Assembly: GCA_937625935.1 (NCBI GenBank)
Contig: OW569366.1
Span: 186,001 to 250,000, forward strand
Source: Tetramitus jugosus
Lineage: Eukaryota; Protista; Heterolobosea
Direction of reading: 5' to 3'
Length of the DNA stretch: 64,000 nucleotides
The notes beneath the pieces are model-generated. The model had not been told where the DNA came from. It was given only the letters and a program-made list of their open reading frames with translations, and did no database searches. The number at the start of each line of letters is the position of its first letter. Position 1 is the stretch's first letter. The translations under genes and the position numbers were made by a program. Shown here piece after piece: positions 31,401 through 40,908 of this stretch.

Positions 31401-34051
31401 CTCTGTCTGATTTCCGAATTTCAGCTAATAATTGGGGAAGTGGCCTGGTTTTCTATTACTTCTCCTATTACTACAATGCCACCAAGGTAACAGTCAAAAG
31501 TTCGACAAATAGTACAGTTTCAGCATCTCTACCTGCTGGACAACAACGTAATAGCACTCTGGGATTGATTGTTTCTGTTATAGAGAGCACTGCCAATGAA
31601 GATAGACTAGGCACTTGCTCTTTTAATTTGACAATCCCTGCTTTGTTACCAAACATAACAGCAATAACGAATGGTGTGAAGAACATACTGGACAAAGTGA
31701 CAAACTTGACCCAAGTTGTAGAAGGACCGATTTCAAATATTATTGCGAATATTTTAGATGACACAATTACTTCGATCAACCAAATTCAAGGTAATGTAAC
31801 TGTAGAGTTGTTGAAGGACTATCTTACTATTACAAATGTAATATTGAATCATCAGAGCGTTATGAACGAGACCAGTCTTCTGACTGCTCTCAAGATTGTA
31901 CATGCTGTCTTAAATGCTGCGACCTCAACCTCAACGATATCAACACCCATTTTCCACGAGCAGGAGGCACAGATGGTAGTTACTATACTTTCGAACGTGT
32001 CTACTCATGAGTATAGGACTAGTGAATCCTTAGGAGATGAGCTAATGGACACTGTGAAAGCTATGGTTACACTAATGCTATCAGGTATGTCCGTTGGCGA
32101 TGCACCCATGGTTTTGACATCTCAACTATTGGAGGTCATTATAGGACTGGATAATTGTTCGAACTTAGCATTAGCTCCTGTCGAACTTCCTCATAAGGGC
32201 AGCAGTTTTTTGATCCCCAGCTCATTCTCAGACAATGTCAACTCAGATGTGGTTGCTTATAGTATGGTTGTATTCAAGAACAATCCATATGCATGGGGAT
32301 CCGTAAATGACACAAACCGAATGTCATCACCTGTACTCGATTTGACTTTTAGATATCATGATGGTCCAGATATGCATGTAGCTGAGTTGAGTGAACCAAT
32401 CATTCTTCAGTTGCAATGCTCCTCTGGATCCTGTGAAGATAAAAGGTATGACTGTGGATATTGGGACGAGGTTCAAAAATTGTGGAAGACTGATGGTTGT
32501 TATATGCTGAAGAGTGATGCTCAATCTATCTATTGTGCTTGTAATCACACAACAAGCTTCTCAGCCTTCATACTTGAAACAGGAGACACAACAGTCAAGT
32601 ACATGGAGGTCAAAATAGCAGGCATAGCCATTAACACAGTGTATATTGTTATTTGTTCTGCAATATTAGTTGGATTGGTGCTCACATACAATACACAACC
32701 AGTCAGATCTCGTTTTATTGCTCCTCACTTGGGTATGACCGCGATCATTGTAGACAGTGTATTGCAAGGGTGGATAAGAAACTCGTTGTCTTTAGCTGGA
32801 AAGCATGTAGCGTCCGATGCTTTCTCATATGTCATAATGCTGTCAGCAAATCCTTTGACAGTGGTTATGTTGTTCGTTTTCCTGTGGCAACAAATACGAT
32901 TTATTTTACACCAGAATATTTATCACATCATGGGATCAACATCACCAAAACAGAGACAACATTTCATGAGAATATCCAAAATAATTGTTTCTAAGTGGGT
33001 ATTTTCTATTGTTGCACTGGTTGTTGGTCTGTGTGTTATGGCTGTGTTTGCAATACTAGTAGGATTAGCTGCTGGTCTTTACAACAAAGGGACCTCAACT
33101 ACAAATCGGACCAAGATAGTTACTGTTCAGGCCTTGGTGTATGCTGGTATGATGATACTCTTGGCCTTGGCTATTTTAGCCACGATGATTATTGACTATC
33201 TCGGATCCATGAAGAGAGCACTGATTAATGAACGAAACAGTAGGCTTGGTACGACGCAAGAACCGAATGCGTTTAAAAAGGAACGATCAATTCAAGGTCT
33301 TTTACAATTCCCAACCAAATTCTTCAGGGATGATGTTTTGTGGTTTAGAACGGAGGCATGCTTTATCTTTGTTGCTATCTGTCTATTGATTGCTACCTAT
33401 TCGGTTGGAATTGCTAGTCTCGTCGTAGAATCAAAGACATACTCTCCACTGGACATTGTTCGAACTGTGCTTGAATTCACTCACATATTTGTCAAGATTG
33501 CAGCCTTTGGTGGAGCAGTCCTTGTATTTTCGATTATTGGTGTGTTCAGGAGGGGAACATCTTGCATTTCTCCAACTGGATATAACACAAGCTCCACTGC
33601 ATCTGATAGTGATGCTATCATGGGAGAAATGTTGATTCTCTTGCGTCACGAGCATGGTTACTATGTTGCCTTTAGATACTTCCAACTGGAGAGTTCACTG
33701 GAGAACTTACTCTTGTGGAAAGATTTGGAACAGTTGAAGACCAACGGACCCATCATGTCAGCTTCTCAACGAAAGTCAGCCCTGGATGCCATTCACGATC
33801 TGTATCTCAAAAAGAATAGCGAGAGAGAGTTTAACATTAGCGGAGCTCGAAAAAAGTCTTTCATTCAGAAGATTGAACCTGCTGAGTTATCTCTTGAAGA
33901 GTTTGAGAAGGCAATTCGAATCTTGTACTCCATGGCTATGGACAATATTGGTGACACCTTCTCTCGATTCATTTCCACACGAGAATATGCCGGTTTCCTC
34001 GCAAGCAGACGCATAAGCAGAGAGCTTGCAGAAATTTCAACAACAAACTGA
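28454..34051 (+). CDS. Adhesion-GPCR-like receptor: signal peptide, RCC1 repeats, EGF repeats, GPS/GAIN, multi-TM, RGS
   Basis: RCC1 repeats (VYSWG, QLG), CSG.G.C EGF repeats, GPS CGYWD...W..DGC...CACNHTTSF, hydrophobic helices, RGS ESSLENLLLW...EFNIS...DTFSRF. Confidence 0.92.
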   Translation: MNDRYQSSLISILLLLLCVITTTQVVEAGYLFTAGSNSSQQLGHSGSELGRVQGDLLFQNVTAVDAGENFSLAILNGKVYSWGTHPNALGVNSTFTSTNVPTLLKGSLTGRVATVVRACQNHALAVDSLGKVHAWGLNAHYSLGTGDVTTTYAPTMVTFSSNVSDVCCGTDYTVALTTAGAVYTWGIRIGGGADIMTPTAKGLTGITKITCGRAHAAVLSSSGVLYNWGMNTKTQLGKADLLGLTSDFAHNALSVASKTVVDIASGGDNGYAVTSDGSLYAWGDDSQGQLGIGGVILLGGAPELVVSSGVTKIVVSNFKPTALITTTLNNVLSIGSGLLGLLGLGGGSNSPVALPNLLPQSAFSKISLGASHSLFILSGTTCNLLFNGEVGVCSGRGNCSQIDSCECPLEQYTGWNCHLPVCFGLASDSLSVCSLNGNCSDPNSCICDVGFTGANCSIPMCYEHSALDVLNVCSGHGLCLGKDTCECLPLWTGANCSIPVPLCFGHSALDLLHVCSGNGQCTSGDNCICNIGFTGINCSVPLCYGHSALDILNVCSGHGLCLGKDDCLCNPMWTGPNCSTPTCFGHSALDLLHVCSGNGQCTSGDNCICEIGFTGINCSIPMCYEHSALDILNVCSGHGLCLGKDNCLCNPLWGGSNCSLPLCGGLLGDDHLNVCGGRGNCLLPNLCDCSSGFGGLLCELTDCFGFLSNDSLNVCSSHGQCIAPNLCLCSDEHEGPLCDILKTFTIGFHGLNELDSVCGGLNVTASISSVSLFSLVSISWSMRQNGISTPLTQTSGYSLHVLPELGAGEFTLVATATANISGLVLEKTAELKLHFDCGLPPLCFLQESISNCSYHIGFADNGNSIIPGVKHLFSRHRPLTLVPSIVNNLGQLVLDKLGFSFDWAVGSSALNSNLLTINGFNQSELVLNPVSAVEGMGDLTVNITLTITTPLGGVATIPFILKSRPYIPMVTVPNNCLTASLTSLSDFRISANNWGSGLVFYYFSYYYNATKVTVKSSTNSTVSASLPAGQQRNSTLGLIVSVIESTANEDRLGTCSFNLTIPALLPNITAITNGVKNILDKVTNLTQVVEGPISNIIANILDDTITSINQIQGNVTVELLKDYLTITNVILNHQSVMNETSLLTALKIVHAVLNAATSTSTISTPIFHEQEAQMVVTILSNVSTHEYRTSESLGDELMDTVKAMVTLMLSGMSVGDAPMVLTSQLLEVIIGLDNCSNLALAPVELPHKGSSFLIPSSFSDNVNSDVVAYSMVVFKNNPYAWGSVNDTNRMSSPVLDLTFRYHDGPDMHVAELSEPIILQLQCSSGSCEDKRYDCGYWDEVQKLWKTDGCYMLKSDAQSIYCACNHTTSFSAFILETGDTTVKYMEVKIAGIAINTVYIVICSAILVGLVLTYNTQPVRSRFIAPHLGMTAIIVDSVLQGWIRNSLSLAGKHVASDAFSYVIMLSANPLTVVMLFVFLWQQIRFILHQNIYHIMGSTSPKQRQHFMRISKIIVSKWVFSIVALVVGLCVMAVFAILVGLAAGLYNKGTSTTNRTKIVTVQALVYAGMMILLALAILATMIIDYLGSMKRALINERNSRLGTTQEPNAFKKERSIQGLLQFPTKFFRDDVLWFRTEACFIFVAICLLIATYSVGIASLVVESKTYSPLDIVRTVLEFTHIFVKIAAFGGAVLVFSIIGVFRRGTSCISPTGYNTSSTASDSDAIMGEMLILLRHEHGYYVAFRYFQLESSLENLLLWKDLEQLKTNGPIMSASQRKSALDAIHDLYLKKNSEREFNISGARKKSFIQKIEPAELSLEEFEKAIRILYSMAMDNIGDTFSRFISTREYAGFLASRRISRELAEISTTN
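29770..30430 (+). repeat. Coding tandem repeat of alternating EGF units (period about 240 bp)
   Basis: CY(E/G)HSALD(V/I)LNVCSGHGLCLGKD occurs 3 times, alternating with CFGHSALDLLHVCSGNGQCTSGDNCIC twice; high nucleotide identity. Confidence 0.9.
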
Positions 34052-34255
34052 ATGCCAACAGCACAGTGAACCCTGGATCATCGTTATCATTACATAAACT
34101 TTTTGTTTTTCCACTCCTTTGTCTTGTGATCTTAATTCCCTCTCAAAAGATATCCGAACCAAAAAAGACGTCCACAAACAACAAGACACCGAATCTCATT
34201 CCGGACAAACAGAAACAACAGAATCACACAATCGCACAATCACAGTCAACAAGGA

Positions 34256-35374
34256 ATGGGAAACACTGTGAACAATGCCACAACAGCCGTGTCAGACACA
34301 ATGAACACCACTGCCACAACCATTAAGCACTCGTTCAATAATGTGTCCACTACGATCACAGGCACGTTGTTGAGTCCTTTTGGTCAGACGACCACAGCTG
34401 AACAAGTCATGACATCTTCCATGGAGCTTCAAGGCAAAGTTGTGCTCATTACGGGTGCCACGAGTGGGATTGGTCTAGAAACCGCCAAGATATTGTTCCG
34501 ACATGGCGCGTATGTTGTGATTGCCGCCCGTAGTCAGGAAAAAGTGGAGCGAACGGTTCAACGGCTCATACTTGAAAATTTGGAATGGTTCGCGCGAAAT
34601 GAACCAAACAAGGTGCATACGGGTCAACTGACGGGAATGGTGTGCGATTTGAGCTCTTTGGAGTCGATTGAGCGCTTTGTAGCCGAGTTTGAGCACAAGT
34701 TCCAATCGTTGAACACTCTCATTCTCAATAGCTCTAAAATGATTCCTCCACTGAGCTACACGAAAGATGGGTTCGAAATGCAATACGGAGTCAATCATTT
34801 GGGCCATTTTGCATTGACGATGCGATTACTAAATCTAATGAAGTCCACGACTGAGAACGAGCTGAACAAGGGTAGGATTTTAGTGCTGACGAGCTTTGCG
34901 CACGAGTATGCTCAGTCCATTAATTTTGATGATCTGTATTGGAAGAAGAGACCCTATGCAACAGGTTGGAACGCTTTTGCCGAGACGGGTCTTGCCAATA
35001 TTTTGTTTGCAGAGCATTTGAGTCGATTGTTGGAGCGAAACGGAGTGGATATTAATGTTTTTGCTGTAGATCCTGGTATTGTGAAGTCTAGTCTTATTAT
35101 TGATGAGCACACGTTGTCTAGGTTCGGTATATGGTTAACGCATCCGTTTATCAAAACAATGGAGCAGGGCGCAGCAACTTCAGTGTTTTGTGCAACAAAC
35201 GCACAATTGGATGAGAAAAAGTTTGGTTTCTTTTCAGATTGTAACTGTGTGGAACTATACCAGACTACAACCTCCAGAATGCTTAAAGATGTCAAGCTAT
35301 CAAATATGATGTGGACTTTAAGTGAGAAGCTCACACATCAACAGTATCCGTTTTCATCCAGTACTGGCCTCTAA
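34256..35374 (+). CDS. Short-chain dehydrogenase (RDH11/WWOX-like), probably catalytically altered
   Basis: TGATSGIG, DLSSLES, DGFEMQYGVNHLGHF and QGAAT present; the YxxxK position reads FAETG. Confidence 0.9.
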   Translation: MGNTVNNATTAVSDTMNTTATTIKHSFNNVSTTITGTLLSPFGQTTTAEQVMTSSMELQGKVVLITGATSGIGLETAKILFRHGAYVVIAARSQEKVERTVQRLILENLEWFARNEPNKVHTGQLTGMVCDLSSLESIERFVAEFEHKFQSLNTLILNSSKMIPPLSYTKDGFEMQYGVNHLGHFALTMRLLNLMKSTTENELNKGRILVLTSFAHEYAQSINFDDLYWKKRPYATGWNAFAETGLANILFAEHLSRLLERNGVDINVFAVDPGIVKSSLIIDEHTLSRFGIWLTHPFIKTMEQGAATSVFCATNAQLDEKKFGFFSDCNCVELYQTTTSRMLKDVKLSNMMWTLSEKLTHQQYPFSSSTGL

Positions 35375-35456
35375 CAAGGTCTCCAGTTTTATAATTGTAA
35401 TTTTCGAGCCGTTTGGGAATAAAATTATTTATTTCAACCATGACACTCCTTCAATA

Positions 35457-38400
35457 CTACATGTCCACATAAAACTTTCTGCCATGAGATTTGGCTCGTG
35501 AATATCTTCGGATGGGCACCTTGCTAATCTCGATCAGAAAAGAGTGGATAACACATCCAATGATCACTTTGAACCAGTCCCAGTGATCGAGCGGAACAAA
35601 ATCGAGAAGAGTGTTAAGTTTAGGAGTATAGATTCCCAATACAACCAATGCAAATGATAATAATGTAGCCCAGACAAGCCATTTGTTGCCAAGTAGATTC
35701 ATCGAGAAGATGGACTTCGTGATGGAGCGGGAATGAAATGCGTGTACCAATTGCACAGATATCAATAGAACAAAAGTGAATGATCTACAGTGCATGAGTG
35801 TGTATCTCTCCACATAATACGATACTACAAAACCGGAGAGCGCGATCACAGTCATCACAACTGATTGGTACAACATGATGATCCAACCTTTGTACGTGAA
35901 AAGCCCTTGCTTTGGACTTCGAGGCAATCTTTGCAAGGCGTGCTTGTCCACCGGTTCTACTCCAAGACTGAGAGCGGGAGGAGTATCAGCAATCAAGTTA
36001 GCCCACAAGATTTGAATAGGAGAGAATGGTATGGGTGTATAAGAAGCAATGGCAAAGAACATGATCATTAGTTCTCCCAAATTACATGACAACAAATAGA
36101 GCACAAAGATCTTAATGTTGTCAAAGGTATGCCTACCCTCTCTAATCGCTTCAACAATGCTTGAGAAGTTATTATCCGCAAGAACAATAGTGGCTGCCTC
36201 CTTGGCAACATCTGTAGAATTCATTCCCATCGCTACTCCCACATCCGATCTTTTGATCGATCCAGCATCATTAATGCCATCTCCAATCATAGCTACGACT
36301 TCTCCTTGCTTTTGTAACGCCTCAACGATTTGAATCTTGTTCTCTGGTGATACTCTGGCGAACACCTGGGGAAATGGATCTAAAGTATGGAGAGTATTGG
36401 TCGCTACAAGACGGTCAATATCTTTTCCCTCTAAAACAGCATTCTCCGCTCCAGGAGCAATGATATGAAGCGCTTCGGCGACATATCTTCCCGTGGATGC
36501 GTGATCTCCCGTAATCATAAACACTCTTATACCAGCTCGGCGACATATCTTTATCGATTTGGCTACTGATGCTCTTGGAGGATCCAACAGGGCAACAAAT
36601 CCTAAGAAGGTCAAATCCTTCTCACAATCCGCAATATTTAACTCTTCGTCAAACTTTTCATCTCTCTGCGCAAAAGCTAGTACTCTCAATCCGCGCTTAG
36701 CCATTTGTAGACTCTTGTCATGCAGCGAAGATCTCGTCTTCTTGTCTAATTCTCTGCATTCTCCATTTTTATCCATGATAGACGAACATAGCATCAGAAC
36801 ACTCTCAGGTGCTCCCTTGGTTAGTATAAGCGTTCTATTCTTTGATTGTTGAGAGCCTTCTCTTTGTGAATAGATAACAGTCATAGTTTTCCTTTCACTA
36901 TCAAAGGCAATTTCTTCCTCGAAGTGACAATGTTTCTCCTCTATCCAAACACGCTTTCCATAACCAGTTTTAAAAGCAACAACCATAATAGCAGTTTCAG
37001 TTGGGTCTCCAGTCACCTCATATCTCTCATTAAACTTCTTCTTTCTAGGATCTTTCTCTTCAATTACCGCATTGTTACATAGAGCTGCCACTCTCATCAT
37101 ACAACGCACAAGGGGCTCAGAATTTGGATCAACTTTGGTTTCCGTTCCTTGCAAAACTAAAGAACCATCCGAATTCACTTTGATTGTCTCATTACCAGGG
37201 CATAGATGTGTCATTTCCATTTTTCCCTCAGTTACCGTTCCTGTCTTATCACAACAAATACAAGTCACACTACCCAAGGTCTCAACACTTGGCATTTTTC
37301 GTACAATCACATGCTTCTTAGCCATTCTCTGTACAGAGAGAGCCATAGTAAATGTCGTAACGGCGACCAATCCTTCAGGGATCACAGACACTGCCAAACT
37401 CACTCCAGTTTTCACCATCTCCAAATAATCAAACTTTCTAGCGAATCCAATAGCTGTGACAATGACACAAACCAGCACACTGATACCAACTAGAATCAAA
37501 CCCAAATGCTTGAGATGTTGTTGCAACCTTGTGGGTTTTGTCTTCGTATTGACCAAGGACTCTGATATCTTTCCAATCTCTGTCTGCTTTCCAGTTGCAA
37601 CCACAACTCCTTTTCCTCTACCCTTGGCCACATAGGTACTCATGAACACCATGTTAGTTTTATCTCCGACAGCGATCGATTTCTTGTTGATTGTATTCGT
37701 ATTTTTCTCAACAGGAAGTGATTCTCCTGTCAATAGAGACTCGATCGCAGAGAGATCATGTGCTTCCACAAGATGAATATCGGCTGGAATTTGTATTCCT
37801 TCTTCTAGCGATACGATATCACCAGGAACAAGCTCGGTGGCCTTAATCTCCATTGTCTTGCCATCTCTGACCACTGTTGCTTTTTGTACGGTAATACTCA
37901 ATAGCGAAGACAGTGCTCTCTCAGCTTTCCAATCCTGAGTGAATCCAACTAAAACATTAAATGCTACCACAATCAAAAGAACCACTCCAGCGGCATAGTC
38001 ACGTAGGCCAATTGAAACAATTGCGGCAGCAATCAGTAGCAAAACCATGAAATCAATAATCTGATGCACCAACATGAGAATAACAGATCTTCGCTTCGGT
38101 TTTGGTAACTCATTGGTACCGTAGACATATCTCCTGTGTTCAATTTCTGCTGAGCTGAGTCCATCACTGATACTTGTTTTGAAGATGACTGGTATCACAT
38201 GAGAACTCACATTATGATAACTACCTGATGGAGGCAGGTGATCAGTGTCAAAAAAGTTCTTCGTCAAATCTACAATATTCTCCAACTGATTAATCTGTAT
38301 CTCCATTTCTTCGTGTCCCTCTTCGGAAACAAACTCTTTCCAGTCACCCAATCGATGAAAGTGAGTCGATAGGAACTTGACCAACTTGCTACAAATTTTC

Positions 38401-39134
38401 TTGTGCTCATCCGTTCCTTGTTGAATATGTCTCCTCAGCTTTAATCTCCGGATAGCCTCAATGTTCAGATGTTCGACATTGTATTGAAACTCCTTGTCAT
38501 TCACTGTCAAGAAACAAAAAATTTCTAGTGCAATAATGGCTCTCTCCTCTAACACCTTATGATCTCTGTTTGATCCCTCGTCGTCATCATTCACTATCAG
38601 ATGAACCTTTGGTTGAACAATTTTTGTGCTACCACAGTAGTTGATCAATATGGAGAGAAGGGCCTTTGATTGACTAGGAGACAACTGGGCTTCATACACT
38701 GGTGGAGTAAAAGCATTTGTTGTTGTTGTCGGTTGACTTTGAGACAACTGACGAAGTGAATCGTCCATCGTGCGATATCCCTTTTGGCTTGGCATCGAAG
38801 AACGACGAGAGGCTTGAGTGGGAACCGTTAGACTTGTTCTCTCGTTCTTGTTTTCTGTTTCATCTTCTAGCCCAACAGCAAATGAGATCAAGTCTTGATT
38901 TCTCTCTGGATTGTTGTGCTCATAATACAGTGTATCCAAGCTGAGAGTGCTATCAGCAGCACTTGCGGGAATCTGGTAATGGTTTCTGTGGTGGTGGCGA
39001 TGCGAAGAAGACAAGGAAGATTTACGTTTGTAAAGGAACTGGTGAAATTTTTTGAAACTTTCCAGGGACTGATCATTCATGAGTCTTGCGACGTGACGAT
39101 CGAGTTTTGATTGTATTTCGGCGAAAGAAGACAT
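35457..39134 (-). CDS. P-type II cation ATPase (likely ENA/type IID-like)
   Basis: LTGES, IPEGL, DKTGT, KGAPE, DPPR, TGD, GDGIND and NLIADTPPALSLGVE. Start taken at MSSFAEIQ. Confidence 0.93.
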   Translation of the reverse strand: MSSFAEIQSKLDRHVARLMNDQSLESFKKFHQFLYKRKSSLSSSHRHHHRNHYQIPASAADSTLSLDTLYYEHNNPERNQDLISFAVGLEDETENKNERTSLTVPTQASRRSSMPSQKGYRTMDDSLRQLSQSQPTTTTNAFTPPVYEAQLSPSQSKALLSILINYCGSTKIVQPKVHLIVNDDDEGSNRDHKVLEERAIIALEIFCFLTVNDKEFQYNVEHLNIEAIRRLKLRRHIQQGTDEHKKICSKLVKFLSTHFHRLGDWKEFVSEEGHEEMEIQINQLENIVDLTKNFFDTDHLPPSGSYHNVSSHVIPVIFKTSISDGLSSAEIEHRRYVYGTNELPKPKRRSVILMLVHQIIDFMVLLLIAAAIVSIGLRDYAAGVVLLIVVAFNVLVGFTQDWKAERALSSLLSITVQKATVVRDGKTMEIKATELVPGDIVSLEEGIQIPADIHLVEAHDLSAIESLLTGESLPVEKNTNTINKKSIAVGDKTNMVFMSTYVAKGRGKGVVVATGKQTEIGKISESLVNTKTKPTRLQQHLKHLGLILVGISVLVCVIVTAIGFARKFDYLEMVKTGVSLAVSVIPEGLVAVTTFTMALSVQRMAKKHVIVRKMPSVETLGSVTCICCDKTGTVTEGKMEMTHLCPGNETIKVNSDGSLVLQGTETKVDPNSEPLVRCMMRVAALCNNAVIEEKDPRKKKFNERYEVTGDPTETAIMVVAFKTGYGKRVWIEEKHCHFEEEIAFDSERKTMTVIYSQREGSQQSKNRTLILTKGAPESVLMLCSSIMDKNGECRELDKKTRSSLHDKSLQMAKRGLRVLAFAQRDEKFDEELNIADCEKDLTFLGFVALLDPPRASVAKSIKICRRAGIRVFMITGDHASTGRYVAEALHIIAPGAENAVLEGKDIDRLVATNTLHTLDPFPQVFARVSPENKIQIVEALQKQGEVVAMIGDGINDAGSIKRSDVGVAMGMNSTDVAKEAATIVLADNNFSSIVEAIREGRHTFDNIKIFVLYLLSCNLGELMIMFFAIASYTPIPFSPIQILWANLIADTPPALSLGVEPVDKHALQRLPRSPKQGLFTYKGWIIMLYQSVVMTVIALSGFVVSYYVERYTLMHCRSFTFVLLISVQLVHAFHSRSITKSIFSMNLLGNKWLVWATLLSFALVVLGIYTPKLNTLLDFVPLDHWDWFKVIIGCVIHSFLIEISKVPIRRYSRAKSHGRKFYVDM

Positions 39135-39520
39135 TTTCGATCGTGTATTTGTGATTTGGTTTGTAAAACGTACCTGCCGGCAACACATACATTCTTGGGG
39201 ATCCTTCAGCATGCTCGAATACCACCGTGCTACATTTTGTCTAAGTTTATCGCGATCATTTTTTTCATAAATACATTCCCAACTTTATTTAAGATGGAGA
39301 TCCTTCCATTTTTTCAAGGAGTTGACACCTTACCGCACACTACCATTTGGACTTTCAGATCGAGCACTTGATTCTGCGAGGGAAGAGTTTGTTTTTCCGC
39401 TGTTGATTGGGTATCGCTTTGTGTTATAAAAAATCGCGTGTTGTCAGTTTCCCGCCAAGCAGAAACAAAATCTTCATCCTCAAATTTTTTTTCAATCGTT
39501 CGTGATAAAGTATAAGAAGA

Positions 39521-39766
39521 ATGGGCAAGGGCAACGTGAACAAGGCCGCACAAAAGCGTGAGAGAAACGCAAAGAAGCAAGTAGCAAAGAAGGGTGAAAC
39601 TTCCCAGTTGGCTGCCAATCAAAAAGCAATGACTTATGTGTGTTCCTTCTGCAAGCAAACCTTCATGAACACAACTACTGAACAAGTTTTGAAGGATCAC
39701 GCTGATAAGCACTCAAAGTCTGGCAAGACATTCCAAGAATTGTTCCCAGCTTTCATCGCTGAGTGA
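39521..39766 (+). CDS. Small SERF/ZNF706-like C2H2 zinc-finger protein
   Basis: MGKGN..KAAQKRERN...SQL...CSFCKQTF...HADKH. Confidence 0.88.
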   Translation: MGKGNVNKAAQKRERNAKKQVAKKGETSQLAANQKAMTYVCSFCKQTFMNTTTEQVLKDHADKHSKSGKTFQELFPAFIAE

Positions 39767-40034
39767 AGCATTTTCTCTCTTTTCTCTTTATGTTTTCTGT
39801 TTGGTGACAACCAACCAACACTGGAAGAAGAATTGATGGTTTTTACAAGTTGTACAAACCTAAATCGTGTAATAAATAAGCTTTAATCAATAGAGGGCAA
39901 GTGAGTTTATTGTGACAATTGAGGACCTATTGTGGTTTCGGGGAAGCTCGCTCCGTTCTCCATCGCAGTGTTAAGTGTTTTAATAGTGGCGATTCACGGT
40001 CGATCTGTTTTATTGTGGTTAACCATCACTTTGA

Positions 40035-40805
40035 TTACTCCTCATCCTCATTCTCATCGTCCAGTGAAGCCTTCATTCTCTCTCTCATCTGTTTCACCAT
40101 CAAGAACTCATTGTAATGTTGCTTTCGTTTCCGCGCGAATTCTTCACTTTCATTTTGGTTACTAGATACTTCATCCATACCGACAGTGATCATTTCAGGC
40201 TCAGGTTCAGGTGATGAAGGCGACTCCCAATCATCAATCAATCGCCTAGGACGTGCCTCATCATGACTTGACTCATTGGTTGTATTTGCAGCGAACGCTA
40301 ATTGCAAGCGTGACATTTGCTCAGTAGGAGAAATGATCTTGCTATCGACTTCGCGTGGAAGGACTTTATGAGCTTCTGATGCCTCAACATCTTCCATCCA
40401 ACTCACATCATGATCATCAGTGTGTACTGGACTCATCGTAGTCGTGTGAGATTTGGCGCCATTTTCGGAGTTTTCATTTCCCGCCACAACCTCTTCATCG
40501 TCGGGCAAAACGTAGCTTACATAGGGCGTTTTGGGTTCATCAATACGCTTATTCGTTTTTTTACAATGTTCAATGATCGCTTGTTGGATCTGTTCATTCT
40601 CGGCCAAGTTTTGCTCATCCCAAACAATTTTGGCAGACTTTTTGCCTGAAGCAGAAGAGTGCTTCTTTTTGCTGATTTTGTCGTCTGATGATCTCTTTAG
40701 AATTCCAAATGATGATGTAGTTGTTGATGCTGATGATGATGAGTTGGTGTTGCTGCTGTCCTTGTCTCCAGCAGTGCATGTTTTGTCGTTTGTGCTTGTC
40801 TTCAT
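40035..40805 (-). CDS. Protein phosphatase 1 inhibitor-2 (IPP-2)
   Basis: GILK, WDE.NL, IDEPKTPY and F..KRK.HYNE motifs. Confidence 0.92.
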   Translation of the reverse strand: MKTSTNDKTCTAGDKDSSNTNSSSSASTTTSSFGILKRSSDDKISKKKHSSASGKKSAKIVWDEQNLAENEQIQQAIIEHCKKTNKRIDEPKTPYVSYVLPDDEEVVAGNENSENGAKSHTTTMSPVHTDDHDVSWMEDVEASEAHKVLPREVDSKIISPTEQMSRLQLAFAANTTNESSHDEARPRRLIDDWESPSSPEPEPEMITVGMDEVSSNQNESEEFARKRKQHYNEFLMVKQMRERMKASLDDENEDEE

Positions 40806-40908
40806 TTTTTTGGTCTTGTCATTCTCCGCTGATCAGCGGAGCATCTAAGGTTGGGTTTTTGAACATGCAGTGAGTTCGAGTCTTCCCAGAAAACAAAGCA
40901 ATAAAGAT

